A DNA stretch of 64,000 nucleotides from Camelus dromedarius. Taxonomy: Eukaryota. Location: contig NC_087437.1 in assembly GCF_036321535.1 (NCBI RefSeq), positions 31,746,001-31,810,000 of the forward strand. Reading direction: 5' to 3'. Each line of letters begins with the position of its first letter. The stretch's first letter is position 1. The position numbers and the translations under genes are program-made. This document shows positions 14,336-28,690 of the stretch, in pieces. The notes beneath the pieces were generated by a model. It was given only the letters and a program-made list of their open reading frames with translations. It did not search any database and was not told the DNA's origin.

Positions 14336-14539
14336 GCACACCAGATTGCTTAAAGAAAAAGAGGACTCTTCAATGACTTGTCAACAAATATATAAAACTT
14401 TACAAGAAGAACTGACTGCAAAAGAAAGACGAGAAGAAGACTTAAAAAGAAGAATTAATTTTGCAGAAAATGAACTAGAGATAACCAAAACTCTTCTGAA
14501 TCAGACAAAGGAAGAGGTTGTAACACTGAAAAATGAAAG
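14336..14539 (+). CDS. LEKR1: LEKR1 internal coding exon (204 nt, phase 2->2): HTRLLKEKEDSSMTCQQ...TKEEVVTLKNE(R)
   Basis: Acceptor ccattttag|G and donor AAG|gtacag. Coiled-coil-like E/K/L-rich peptide inside ORF 14298..14555. Confidence 0.95.
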
Positions 14540-14657
14540 GTACAGTCAAGAATAATTTCTTCCAAATATGCTTTGTGTTTAAGTCAGTATTCTATATATT
14601 TATTTGAAACATCAAGATCCTATATATTTTGATAACAGTGAACTCACAGGATTAAAG

Positions 14658-14782
14658 ATTTTTTTATTTTTTAAATTTTATTTTATTGAGTTATAGTCAG
14701 TTTTCAATGTTGTGTCAGCTTCCAGTGTAGAGCACAATTTTTCAGTTATACATGAACATACATATATTCATTGTCACATTCA
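14658..14782 (-). mobile_element. Very short 3' end of the lineage-specific L1
   Basis: Same 3'UTR motif with a T-rich tail, flanked by direct repeat gattaaag (14650-14657 and 14783-14790). Confidence 0.85.
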
Positions 14783-16309
14783 GATTAAAGTTATATTTCA
14801 CCTGAAAGGTCATTGCATCCCACCACCTTATTCCATGAATGATTAAATTGAAGCCCAAATTGGTTAAATGACTTGCTTAACATCACACAGTTAGTTATTG
14901 GAAGTAAAGATGGAACCCACGTTGCATTTGGTGTTAGATTTTTATTGAAATAATCAAAAAGACCATGTGTGGTACTTAAAACTACTGAATTTCACCATGG
15001 CCAATAATTGGTAGATTCTATCATTTTCCAACAGAAAAACATCTTTTATATTACATTTTCTTTCTATTAGCTCCTGCTTTTCTTCTCTCTTTATTTATCA
15101 ACACCTTATTGAGGGCTCTCCACAGGCAAAGGTACCTCTGGTACTTAGTAATGTCAGGGATACTAAGAAGCATATTCCTACACCCACCCTGATATTTTTG
15201 CTTAATTAATTTGTCTTTAAATTAACCTTATCTGTACTTAATATCTCAACCCTGCTTTCTTTCTTTTTGTTTTCATTTGCCTGATATGTCTTTCATTCTT
15301 TCTGAGTCCTTTTGTTTTGAATTCATATCTGATAAATAGTACAAATTTGGGGGATTTGTTGTATTGGTTTTTGTAAAATCTGGGAGTCTTTAATAGAAGA
15401 TGTTATGCGATTTACATTTATTGATATAACTATTATATTCCATAAGAACACAAGTTCCATAAGAGCAAGAATTTCTGTCTTGTGTTATTCTCTGTGCACA
15501 GAAGGTGTGATTGGCTATTTGGTTTTCATTCTTACTATCATTTTAAATTTTATTTATTTTATGAGTATTTGGCTGCTTTATAATTTAGATTTATAATCTT
15601 GTTTTCATTCTTTTTAAGGGTAGCTATTTGCTCCCAGAGGAAGAGTCTGAGAGTAGGGCCCTGGGAGTGGGTAGCAGGCAGCTTAGAATTAGGTTCATTG
15701 TCTCAAAACTTTCTCACCAGCACTGTGCCCTGGGTCATATCTGTCTCTACTCCAGGCTAGACAGAGTTCTGTCTAGTTCACAGAGAAACAAGGCTTGTCT
15801 TTGGTCCCTCCTGGGATGATACACATTTTCTTCTCTTTGATTGAATAGGATGAACAACCACAGAGCTGATTGCCACCCACTATTGCTTCCTCACCCTGCC
15901 ACACCAATAACCTGCTTCTTGCAAAGATAATGTGCCTTGTAGTTATGTGACTTTTCATTCCACTCTTACCTCTGCCATTTCACAATTGTGTCACTGTTAA
16001 GCCCATAGCATATTAGAAGCAGCAGTTTTATAAGCAGGACATTTGCAAGAGCCAGGCTTACTAATAAGAAGGAATGGTAACTGAAAGATTGACCATGCAT
16101 AAGAAGAAAGAAAAACTATAAGCTCAAACAAAAAACTTTAAAAGCATTGCAGTTTGGCCCAATGTAGATAGAGACAAACAGCCCTACACACATCAGTCAC
16201 CTTCAGTGTCCCTATATTTATAACATGGGTTAATAACTGATGGCCATAATGATGATCCTGAGTCAGAAAGATTAAAATCAGCTATATACTCTAAGTATAT
16301 AGAAGGAAA

Positions 16310-16800
16310 AGAATACCCCATTTCCAGTGATGTCAGGTTAATTAGACTTAACTGTTTATCCAGATGAATTCTGTCTCCTTCATAGTGGTCATTGTGAAGA
16401 TCCTATCTCTGTTCAAGCATTTCTGGAACTCTTTTCTGAAGATTAGCTTAAGTGTACATGTTTTAGAATATACTCAGTATGATGAATCTTTGACCTTTAG
16501 GAATGAATTTGATTTTGAAAACAATCTCAATAGATCCAGTGAAAGCAAGTTCAGGGAAAATGATGGGAAATCAGTCTGGGAACTATCATTGGGGATTAAA
16601 AATAAGTAAAATATTTTCTTTTTTTCTACACTTAATAAATTATCTCTGGCAGCAATTTAAAGATGGCAGTTACATGAATGTTTTAAGGATTAATAATATC
16701 ATTGGAATAAATATAGAACTTTCTTGGGAGATTGATTGCTTTGAAATAGCACACTGTGTTTTGCCATGTTTTTAAAAAATTTAGTATGATTCTAGTCTTA
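16310..16800. mobile_element. Ancient mariner-derived (MARNA-like) remnant
   Basis: Recalled motifs tctttgacctttaggaatgaatttgattttgaaaac and cattggaataa...tgctttgaa. Highly diverged. Confidence 0.5.
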
Positions 16801-17139
16801 CCTTCTATTATAAGTGTTAAAGATAATTTCTTTAAATTTTCAGAGAACAGAGATATTACTGGACTGCTTCCTCCTCTTCTCCCTTCTACCCCGGCTTTTT
16901 TTTCTCTGTCATACTCTTGCCCTTTTTCCTTCTTTTCTCTCTATACTTTAGTCTATCCAAAAGCAGACATGGTATTACCTAGTCATTTGGTGGCACCAAG
17001 TTTACTGACATGCTGTCTGTCACATAATAAAAATTAAAATGTGCTTGTGGATCAATAAGTTATCAGATTATCATAGGAGTACTCCTAGACATAAGCATTG
17101 CCTTTTTTCTTTGTCCTAGGCCACTTTCAGACTTTTGTC

Positions 17140-17790
17140 TGCCTTGTCTTCTGTTGTATCCTTGGAATCTGGCACATGTATCCCCTCAATAAATATTTGT
17201 TGAGTGAATGAAGGACTTGCTTTGGGTAATTCAGTCAACAATTATTTGTTGAGCATTTACTAAATGCCAGGTACTATGTACCTTGGGGATACAACAGTGA
17301 ATCTGAAATTTCCCTGTCCTCGTGAAGCTTACATTCTAATGGGAGAGACAAACTATTAAAAAGATAAAAACTAGAGAACTAACAAGAATAATTATAGATT
17401 GTGATAGTGAATTTAAAGTAAAGGGTATTGTAGTAGAGACTGATAGAAGGGGTACCTGCTTTGGAAAGGGTAGTTGTAAAAGTAACTTCCAAAATGATAC
17501 ATAAAGAAGACAAGTAGAGAGAGGTTCCCATACAAAGGACCAGGGAAGAGTTTTACAAGCAGAGAATGAGCTTGGTGAGTTCTCAGAAGTGATAGTGGAG
17601 TCCTAGCAAGTGTGAGGGAGGTAGGTGAGGGCCAGTCATGCAGGGCCTCATGGGCCCATAGGAGTTTGGGTATTATTTTCAGTGCAATGAAAAGAAACCA
17701 TTGAAGGGATTTAAGCTGAGGAGTGACACTGGTGAAAGATGGTTTTGGCTGCTGAATGGAGAAGATGTTGGAAGTGGGAGCAAGTCAGGT
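17140..17790. mobile_element. Two L2 3' ends in tail-to-tail orientation (+ copy ending ~17212; - copy from ~17229)
   Basis: ctcaataaatatttgttgagtgaatgaa is followed 16 nt later by attcagtcaacaattatttgttgagcatttactaaatgccagg. Confidence 0.8.
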
Positions 17791-20700
17791 CATTTACTGT
17801 TTTGATATTAATCAAAGGATTTTGTGCATAGTTAAGCCTAAGAGACATGAGAAAAATGAAAGTCTTCAGCTCTCACCCTCTGCACATTTCAACTGGATCT
17901 GAATGTCTATACCAAGTGGATGGGAGCAAATAGCCAGGGCTTACATCATGTTGAGCCAGAGGGATATATGAAAGCCAGGGTAAAAAGACATCCTAAAGAA
18001 CAAGTGACCTTTCAGAGGCCTTGACCTTACTATCTAAGCCTGCCTTAAAACTTCGTTTTCCTTTGGCTTCAGGGGCAACATGCTATCCTGCCCCTTTCCT
18101 GTCTCTGCTTTGGTTCTTTGCCCTTCCCTCCTTCGATCACCTGACAGCAGACGTTCCTTGAAGTTCAAGCCTGAATTTGGCTTTCCTCTCTCCACTTTCT
18201 TTCCTTCAGTGAACTGTCTCTCAGCTGAGCAAATTTGCTTTTGAATCTTTGATTTGAAGCACCAATGAGATCTCTAAATAAAGGTGTCCTTAAGCAGTTG
18301 GAGATGTGAAAGTCCTTCCAAAAAAAGAAGCTGGGCTCAGGAAAAGCTTAAAATAGAGATGCTTGATGACTCCAGCAGAGATTCTGGTTCAGTAGGACCG
18401 GGCAGTGCCTGGGAATCTGCTACACAGCAAGGTCCCAAACCACTGCCGTGGAAGGACAGCAACCAGCCAGGCTGCCAGATGTGCTCCCCAAAGGCCAAAG
18501 CCCAACTCGCCCACAGTACCAGTGTGTTCTGCAAACTCAGGCAGTTTCTTCCACTCACCACCCCTCCCGACAGCAGAGCCCCTGCCAATGATGCCACTGG
18601 GACCATTATGGAAAATGTGAACCATAGAAGCTATGTAGCTTCAGAAGAGGTGAAAAAGAAGATGTGAAAAGCCAGAACTGGCCCTAGAAAACAACTGGCA
18701 GAACTTCTGAGTTTGGGGTAGGAAAAGAGTTAGAGACGAGGAAATAATTCATACATTAGGACAAATCTAATTAATTAGGCATTGCTTCCTCCCCCACACT
18801 CAGCTGAGAAGCTCTAGTAGGAGAAGAGGCTCCACTGTAAAGAAGAGAAGTGATCCTTCGAGATCCCAGGGGCTGAGAGTAGAGAAGGCCTGGCCAGCTT
18901 GGTCACAGGCACACTGGGCCTGGAGAGGGGGGTCTCCTTGGTGGGTGGGGAGGGATACAGCAAGGTACAGGGACAGTGCCAGAGAAAAGTGTAGCTATTT
19001 TAAAAATTCTGTGTAAAGAGGGCGAGCCCTCAGCTCTCATGCTTCCAGGCTACAAGGTGTCTTCGGCCAGGGCCAGAACTCTGCCCAGGACCATGAATTT
19101 GTGATACCACTTCAGAAGTATTATGAATTAAATAGGGTTTTGTGGGCTGGCCTGCAGGCCTAATTCCTTTTATATGGAAAATTATTTCTATGGTAAAATG
19201 TTTTCGGGAATTTCTATAATCAACCTACAAATACATTTTAGAAAGACATGTGTTTAAGCTTGGAGACTGCCCACATCTAACACTTAGAGAAATTCATTTA
19301 TGTGGTAACGTGCGGCCTACAACCGCACTGCCGAAACACACAGCTGTTTGTAAGAGCCCACACCCGGTGCATTCATTCCCAAGAGCTGTGTTAGACCTAT
19401 CTTGGTAAGTTCCAAGAAAAAAATATAGAAGAGTACTTATTGTGATGTACTTGCCAATAACATGACAGGTTTAGTGGAGAACGTTTTTGGACAAAAAGCT
19501 TCGTTGTGTCCAAAGTTAGGTGCAAGTTGCTTATTATTCTGTGAAATAAATAATCTCCATGTGTTTCCCTAGCTAGCCAACTATTTATCTGTCTTAAATG
19601 AAATTTACTTAATTGCTCCCTGTCCCCTCGATGCGTATCTTTTAGGCCACAAGCAAGGTTATTCCCTCTCTCACATACACATTAACTTCTTTTTCAGTTT
19701 CCTCATCCTCTTCTCTTTCTCTGTCTTTTCTTTTCTTTTTTCTTTTTCTTTCTTTTTTTTTTATTTGATTAACAGCTATAAACCCTCACCTCAGAGGAAT
19801 ATACATAAAATCTAACAAATTATTTCAGGAGATTGATGCAGTGTCCTGTTTTCCTGTGTGCGACACAGCCCCATGATTAAACGTACCTGCTTCTTCAGGC
19901 TTTCTTCCACTCCTCCCTCCTTCCTTTCCTCTCTCCTCCCTGCTTTCTCCCTCTCAAGCTCTCTCACACACCACCCACAGGGGTCGCAGTCATGGGGAGC
20001 CCTCTGAGTGCTTCCGTGGACATGACCTTGTCTTCACACTGCCCTGAGTGAGATGCATCATTGCGGGGCAGTCAGCAGAATGGGTCAGGACCCAAAAACC
20101 GGCCTGAACTCTGCCCTCCTCACCACCTGCCACAGAGGAAGGGGCTTATTTTTCTTGCATAAGTGTGCTATTCCCCTCTTACCAAACCCTGTCTTCCTAG
20201 ATCTGCCCCTACCCAGAGGGAGCACTTTTTCTAATGCATCAACCCAGAGGGAAAGCCATTTTCAAATTTGCACAAAGGCTCAGGCTAGCAGAGCTGTGAC
20301 CCTCTCTTGTGAAGCAGATATCATCTTCCACATTTTACACTAGAGGAAACTGAGGTTAAGCAAGGCTGAATGTCTTGCTCAGGGCTACAGAATTGGCAAA
20401 GATAGAACTCAAGCTCCATGTATCTAACTGTAACCCATGTTCCCTCAACTACAGTTTGCACCATTCCCTCAGCATTTGTCTTGAAGGGCTCAGTTGTGTC
20501 AGCTTCTCTCAGTGTGACTTCTCTTTCTTATCATGCTATAACATGAAGTGTTCAGGGAACTCCCAGCCCTGCAGAAAGCAGAAAAACTCAGGGAGCCCCT
20601 TTTGTGTTCCTTCTCCTCCTCCCCTCACTTACCCCACCTCTCCACTCTTTCAGGATTCTTCCAGGCATTCAATAAATACAAGATGGTGACCTTTGTCTTC

Positions 20701-22985
20701 CCTTCTCTAGTGCCTTGGCAAAATCAGAAGTGGAGCTATATCTTCAGAACAAAAGTAGAATGATAACATTTCACAGTACATTCTAGAAGAGAAACTTGGT
20801 GTTTGATGGAGCTTGTCATACTTTCCTGAAGGCTAGCAGCAATAAGAAATGTAGAATTTAAGAAGGAATGTAGAAGCAAGGTTTCAAGGGTTCTGTTACT
20901 TCATGTTAGTGTCGCTTAGTACAAAAAGAATGGGCTTTAACGTTAGGCAAACATAGGTTTAAAATCCCAACTTGACCATGTCAAGTTTGGACAACTAGCT
21001 TAACCACTTTAAGGCGCATTTTCCTTATCTGTGAATGGGCATATTAATAAGAGCTATTTTCCTGTGAAGATTAAATCATCTAGTATTGTGCCTGTTAGGT
21101 TGTAGGTTCCCAAAAAGTATTAGTTCTCTCTTATCTTCCTTTAAGTCACTAACCTGTTAAAGCATCATATTTTATTAATTTTTATACCCTGCACTGCTGA
21201 TACAGATATTTAGTAAATGTCTGTTGAATTCAATATTACCCACTTTACTCTTAGAGTTGTAAAGATTAGTCCATGGGATGATTCGTTTGGATGGAATCCT
21301 GTTGGTTTAAAGCATTATGTAATGAAGTGTTCTAAGTAATACCATTCTAAAATAACCTTATCAGATATTTTCCCCAAAACTTACCTCTTTCTCTGATTTC
21401 CTGTCTATCAACAGCTCTCAAAACAAGACTTGCCTAACTTCTTATAATATCACAAACACTGCTTTTAACAGAGGCAGGAGTTGGGGCAAAATAAAAATTA
21501 TCTCTTTGATTGACAGTGTGAAGACATCACTAAAAGAACCTGTGAAACAGAATTTAAAGCTGTCATTTGGCATTATGGTTTGACATTTGTTTGCAGTTAT
21601 GTTTTAACTACAATTAAGGGAATTTAGGTTTTTGCATATGTGTAAGAAATTAGATTCTCATTTTCCTTTGGTCTAAGAATTTAAAGTTTTTAAAATAAAT
21701 ACTCCTAATTGTGAGTAGATTCTAATTTGCCTGTTGTGCCAACTTCAAAATGTTATTTTAAAAAACTATCTAATGATATTGCAGGATAGAGAGCCCTTGG
21801 CTGGTATAAGCTTGAACCAGCTTTGCCTCTTGTGAATCGTATCACTTTAGATAGTCATTTACCATCAGGATCTTCGTTTCTTCTAAAAGTGGGGAATTGC
21901 ACTAATGTATTTCCAATGAACAGCAAGAAAAAACCACTGTATCCCCAGAGACTAAAACAGTGCCTGACACATAGAGGTACTCTATAAATATTTGCTGGAT
22001 GGATGGATGAATGGATGGGAATGAATTTAATCCCAATCAAAGCACTGATCACAGGATTCAAAACTCTGGTAGCAGGTCAGCTTCTGACTTGCCAAAAATC
22101 AGTTCAAACTTCTGGATTCTAGTGATGACCTTTTTAATGAATTCTTAGTACAATCCAAATGTAGGACCTGAATCTGTGTTGTTTCATATAATTCTAAGGC
22201 ATCAGTAGCTCTGGAATTGATTCTGAAGAGGAAATTGGATGTCTGCATGATATTCAAAAACAACTATACATTTTCAGCTTTTTATAACATGGAAAAATAC
22301 GGAATGTGCTTCTAATAATATTTTATTTTCTTATAATTTCTCTAGATTTCTAGCAAAAAGTCTCACTAGAGTCAAATTTGATCCTTTATAGTTTCTTTCA
22401 AGATAAGACTGCTTTTTATTTATCGATGTTTTTAGATGGTTTTGTAGTCCTGAATAATATGCAAGCTTTTTCTTGAGTGTACTACACAAGTGTGATTTCA
22501 TTTCTGGAATTAGGATTATCTTTTTCACACATATAATCATCTCTACATACATTACTCAGGGCCCATTCTGTGTTAACCAAGAATACTGTGTTTGTAACAT
22601 CATGTATAATCATTCTTTCTGCCTTGTCTCATTAAAGAATCACACTGAGTCAAGAATAGAAGCCCAGCAGGAATCAAAAAGATATGAAAATCCTCATTTC
22701 TGTAGCTATAATAGCAAGCAAAATTATCATCACACATACAAGTTCATAACTTTTATAACAGTTCACTCAAAATGCTTTGTACTTCGTGGAAATGTCATAA
22801 GGAACTTCATAACTTTGTCAATTCAGTGAAAGATTATCACTTCACTAGCATTGTTTGAACTTTCGCTTACTGTATTTTAGCTTCTATAATCTACTAGACT
22901 TTCAGTTTTTGTTTTAAAGGGACACATATAACAGCAGTGTTTTTTACTGGGTCCATCAGAGGAATGTATATTGAATGGATTCTAC

Positions 22986-23103
22986 TTTTGTTTTTTTTTG
23001 TTTTTTAATTTTTTTTTGTTGTTTTTTGGAGGAGGTACTGGGGATTGAACCCAGGACCTTGTGTATGCTTGAGCATGCACTCTGCCACTTTATAACTATC
23101 TCC
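22986..23103 (-). mobile_element. tRNA-derived SINE (camelid Vic-1-like)
   Basis: T-rich tail followed by ggaggtactggggattgaacccaggacc (reverse-complement B box GGTTCAATCCC). Confidence 0.85.
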
Positions 23104-23414
23104 AGAGAGACTGAAATTCGAGCATCTCAAATATTCAGTACTATCCATTTTATAGTAAAGGTAACTTCTAATTTACTCAAGGCACCCATCTGGAAATGCT
23201 CATTGGAATTTTCTAATCAGTAAGACCCCTTTTCAAATAGGAAACCTGAATTAAGACATAAAGTGGATCAAATTGCCAGAACTCTGCTGCCTAGCCACTT
23301 CTAGCAAGCACGTGGCCAGCCACATCCATTCTATGGTACTAGTATTTTGAAAACCAGGTGAAGTGCTACTTTATTTCCATTGACTGCTGCTCCTTATTTT
23401 ATCACGGTTACCAT

Positions 23415-26400
23415 TATAAGATTCTAATCTTATACCTGAAGTTGTGTAATATCACTTGAAGGTAGACCAGCATGGTTTTCTATTGCTGACCTAATAAATT
23501 ACCACAAACTTAGTGGCTTATACCAATACAAATTTATACAGTTCTGGGGGTCAGAAGCCCAAATGAGTGTTAAGGGGCTAAAATCAATAGGGCTGGTTCT
23601 TTCTGGAAGCTCCAGAGGAGAATACATTGCTTGCTTCTTCTAGCATTTAGAACCTGCTGGCATTCCTTGGATCCTAGACCTGTGAATCTAATCTAATCTC
23701 TGTTTCCATTATCATGTCACCACCCTCTCCCACATTAACCTTCTTGTCTCTGTCTTATAAAGTCTTGATAATTATAATTAGGGCATAATCAGATGAACCA
23801 GGATAATCTCCTCATCTCAAAAAACTTAATGTAATCATATCTGCAAAGCCCTTTGGCCATATTTAGGAGAGTCTGGGAATTAGGACATGGATATCTTGGA
23901 AGACAATTATTTAGCCTACTGTGACAAGTCAAAGATGGCTATTATCAACCCTATAGCAACCATTAAATAAAACTAAACAAAGAGTTATAGCTAATATGCC
24001 AACAAAGCAGATAAAAGTGAATCATAAGCCATATGCAAAATCCAAAACAAGGCAGTTAAAGAAGGCAAAGGAAGCAACAGATGGGACAAATAGGAAACAA
24101 ATATGCAAGATGATGGATTTAACCCTAACCATATCACAATTCAATAAAGTGTAAATTTCTAACATTTTAATTAAATAGGCAGAAATTATCATATTGTATA
24201 AAAAAGTAAGATTCAGTCATATACTGCCTATAGGAAATGTATTTTAAATGTAAAGACACAAAAGGTTAAAAGTAAAAGAATGGGAAAAGATATACCATGC
24301 TGACACTAATCAAAAGAAAGCTAGAATGTGTGTTTATTAATATCAAGCAATGTAGATTTTAGAACAAAGAGTATTACCAGGAATAAATAAATTCATTTCA
24401 TAGTGATAAATGGATCAATCCATTTGTAAGAATCGTAAACGTTTGTGCATCTAATAACAGAGCTTGAAAATACATGAAGCACAAAGTGATAATACTGTGA
24501 GAAGTAGACAAATTCACAGTTATTGTTAGAGATTTTAATAGCTCTCTCTTAACGATAGATAAAACAAGTAGACCAGAAAATGAGTAAGGCTACAGAAGAC
24601 TTGAACTTTACAATCAACTTAGCCTAATTGACATTTATACAACATTCCACCCAACAACAGCAGAATACACTTTTTTTTTTCTCCAAGAGAAAGAGCATAC
24701 ACACAAAATATTTACCAAGATAGACAACATAATTGGGCTATAAAACAAAACCAAAGAAATTTAAAAGTACTCAAATCATGCAAAGTGTATTCTCTGATCA
24801 CAATCTAATTAACTTAGTAATAAATAACAGAAAAGTATTTGAAAAATCCCCCAAATATTTATAAACTCTGTAACACAATTCTAAGTGAGATACGGGTCAA
24901 AGAAGATATCAAAAGGGAAATTACAAAGTTTTTTGAACTAAATGGAAATAAAAACATTGGAAGGTGGTGGCACATCACTAAAGCAAAACTTCAGGGGGCA
25001 AACTTACAGCAGTAAATGACTGTGTGAAAATAGAAGAAAGTCAGCCTCCACCTTAAGAAGTTAGAAAAAGAAGAGGAAATGGATCCCAAGATAAGTAGAA
25101 GAAAGTAAATAAAGATCAGAGCAGAAACCAATGACATAGAAAACAGAGAAACAATATAGAATATCAATTAAACAATCAATTTCTTCAAGGAGATCAATAA
25201 TATTAATAAACCTTAAGTCAGATTCATCAGGAAAAAAGAGAGAAGACAAAATTTACCAATATCAGAAATGAGAGTGGTGATAATACATTCTTTGGATATT
25301 AATACATTAATAGAGGAATATTATGAACAACTTTATGCCATTAATTTTGACAACTCTGATAAAATGGACACATTTTTTGAAATATAAAATACTAAGTTTC
25401 ACTAAAAAGAAATAGATAACCTGAATTTATAGTTTACATTTTTCCCGTGAAGAAAATTTCAGGTCCAGAAGGTTTCATTGAGAAATTTTATGAAGCATTT
25501 AAGGAAGAACTAGTACTAATTCTACCCAAACTCTCCCAGAAAATTAAAGAAGAAGGAATAGTTTTTAATTTATTTCATGAGACCAGTATTACCCTGATAC
25601 CAAAATCTGACAAAAGCATTACAAGCAAATTAACAAACATCCCTCAGAAGCATAAATGCAAAAATTCTGAACAAAATTTTAGCAAATTGAATCCAGCAAC
25701 ATAAAAAAACAAGGAAATAAATCATGCATATGTGAGGTTTATCCCCAGATTGCAAGATTGGTTTAATATTCAAAAATCAATTATTGTTATTTAAAACTTT
25801 TAAAACTCTGTGATTGTGTCAATAGAAGCAAAAAAGCTGTTGACAAAGTACAACATTCATTCCTAATAAAAAAAAAAATCTCAGCAAAGTGGGAATAGAG
25901 AACTTTTTCAAATTGATGCAAGGCATCAGCAAAAACCTACAGAAACATCATACTTAGTAGTGAGACTAAATACTCTCTTCCTAAGATCAGGAACAAGAGA
26001 AAAATATCTACTGTCAACAGTTCTGTTCAGCCTTGTGCTGAAAGTTCTAGTCAATACAGTCAGAAAAAGAAAGAAAAGCCATCAGACTGGAAAGGAAGAA
26101 ATAAAACTGTTTTATTCACAGATGATATGCTTACTACCATACAAAACCCTATGGAATCTACAAAAGAAGTTACTAGAACTAATAAGTAAGTTTAACAAAA
26201 GGTTGCAGGAAAAAAAAATCAATATCCAAAAGCCAAGCTAATTTCTATATATTTGCAAAGAACAATAGAAATTAAAAAGTAATATTTATAAAAATATTTC
26301 AAAACACATGAAATACTTAGAGATGAATCTGACAAATGATGTGCCACACCTATACATTGAAAATTACACAACACTGCTGAGATAAATTAAAGAAGTTCTA

Positions 26401-28072
26401 AATAAATGGAGAGATATGCAATGTTCATGGAATAGAAATCTCAAGGTTGTTAAGATAACAGTTATCCCCAAATTGATTTACAAATCCAATGCAATCACAG
26501 TCAAAATTCCAGAAGACTTTTTTGTAGAAATTAACAAGCCAATTCTAAAATGTATATGGAAATACAAAGGACCTAGACTAACCAAAGCAACTTTAAAAAA
26601 AACTTTGAGTAGCCCAAAGATCCAAAGTCACTACCCGAATTATTGTAAAGCTACAAATAATCAAGACAGCATGGTATTAGTCTCAAGAAAGACAAACAGA
26701 TCAACAGAACAGTATTAAGATTCCAGAGATAGACACACATATATGGTTAATTGATTTTCTACATGGGTGCCAAAGCAATTCATTGGAGAATGTATAGTTT
26801 TTGTAACTATTGGTGCTGGAACAATTTTATATCCATATGCAAAAAAAATGAACTTTGATTCATCTATGAAATATACATAAATTAATTCACAATAGACCAT
26901 AGATCTAAATATAGAACCTAAAATTATAAAACTTCTAGAAGAAAACAGGAGAAAAATCTTTGTGACCTTCTATTAGGCAAAGATTTTTTAGATTCGACAC
27001 CAAAAGCATAATCCATAAAAGAAAAAAAAATCTTATAAATTAGACTTCATCAAAATTAAAGCTTCTGTTCTTTAAAAGACACTATTTAGAGAATGAAAAG
27101 ACAAGGCATTGTCATAAATTTGCACAATCTTTATCTCATAGAGGGCTTGTTCTCAGAATATATAAAGAACTGAGAAACTCAGTTAGATGAGCATAAACAA
27201 CACAATAAAAATGAGCTAAAGTATTGAACAGACACTTCAGCAAAGATACATAGATGGCCAATAAGCACATTAAAAAGATGCTCAATATCATTAGTCATTA
27301 GGGAAATGCAAATTAAAACAGTAATGAAATAGGACCACACACTTTCAGAATGGCTAAAAATTAAAAGCCTAAACATACATACCAATTGTTGGCAAGATGT
27401 GAAGAAACTGGAACTCTCATACTCTGCTGATTGGAATGTAAAACAGTACAACCTCTTTGGGAAACAATATGGAAATTTCTTAAAAAGTTAAACATACACT
27501 TATCTTATTACTCAGCCACTTCACTCCTTGATATTTACCCAAGAGAAATGAAGGGAAATATCCATACAAATACTTGTACAACTGATATTAATAGCTATAT
27601 TTATAAAAGCCAAAACCTGTGAAACAACCTCCATGTCCATCAACAGGTGAATGGATCAACAAATTGTGGTATATCCATATGATGAAATACTACTCAGCAA
27701 TGAAAAGAATGAACTATTGATTAATGGTACAACATGGACGAATCTAAAAGGAATTATGCTGAATGAAAGATGCCAGACGCAAAAAAAGAACATACCATAT
27801 GACTTATAGAGAATTTTTATGTAATTCTGAAAGTGCAAACTAATGTACAATGACAGAAAGCAAACTCTTGACTGCTAAGAATGAGAGACCAGGAGTGAGG
27901 GATTTAGAAAGGGCATGGGGAAACTGGGGATGATGGATATAGTCATTATTTTTATTGCAGTGGTTTCACACACATATGTTTATACAGATGTCAAAACTCA
28001 TCCAAGTATATACTTTAAACATGTAGTTTATTGTTTTTCAATTATATCTCAATAAATCTGTTTTTTAAAAAA
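23415..28072 (+). mobile_element. Old, decayed L1M-type LINE-1 (inter-ORF region, ORF2 remnant, 3'UTR), interrupted by a MaLR LTR near its left end
   Basis: Many broken ORF2-like peptides (e.g. GPEGFIEKFYEAFKEEL, TSITLIPK, CKTVQPLWE). It ends in caattatatctcaataaa plus an A/T-rich tail. Confidence 0.9.
23470..23922 (-). mobile_element. MaLR (MLT1-type) solo LTR nested in the old L1
   Basis: MLT1-like motifs aaattaccacaaacttagtggctta and aatcatatctgcaaagccc...gggaattaggacatggatatctt. The L1 sequence resumes across the insert (gaaggtagac...tgtgacaag). Confidence 0.8.
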
Positions 28073-28353
28073 TCCTCTTGAAACCATCTCCCCCCACCAA
28101 ATCTTCTACAGATAGGAAGGCAGTTGAGAAAGCGGTTTGTCTCTCAACAGGGCAAAATCTCTAACGCCCTCTTCTGATGTGGCAAAGCTGTATAATGAAA
28201 AAGATAGTACATCTCAGAAAGGAAAGCCAGGAGCTATGGAGAAAAATGGATGGAGAAATTACTCCCAGGTGAAAGAACCACAGTCTAAGCATGGAATGTT
28301 CCCCATCTCCAGGGTAGAAATCCTCACAGTTGCTTCCAGTAGGCTTTCAGAGT

Positions 28354-28690
28354 TGTGATGGACTTACCTGCTGCCAGGTGACTTACTGTGCACCTTCCAG
28401 TGAGAGGACTATACTATTCACACCTGATTGACATCAGAACTGGCCATTTGATTTGTTCTTGTCACTGAAATGTGAGCGAAGTGACATGCACCAGTTCTGA
28501 GCAGCTTTAATAGATCCTCTGTTTTGGCAATTTTTCTTTTCTGTCTGCCTCAAAAACAGTGTTCTCAGGTAAAAGTTGCTTCTTGGACTACATGCTGGAA
28601 CAAAGCATGCAGAGCAGAGCAGCCGGTGACACATAACATGAGCAAAAAATAAACTTTGACATTGTAAAGCCTCTGAGATCACAGACATGT
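28354..28690 (+). mobile_element. Ancient MLT1-type LTR
   Basis: tgtgatggac start; ttgacatcag...ggccat...gaaatgtgagcgaagtgacatg motifs. Confidence 0.6.

Noticed and set aside
18284..18667. Cluster of overlapping 70-127 aa ORFs on both strands
   Set aside because: This is a locally GC-richer patch that begins in a MER5-like fragment. It has no recognisable protein similarity, no convincing splice sites, and no place in the LEKR1 frame, whose exons already join without it.
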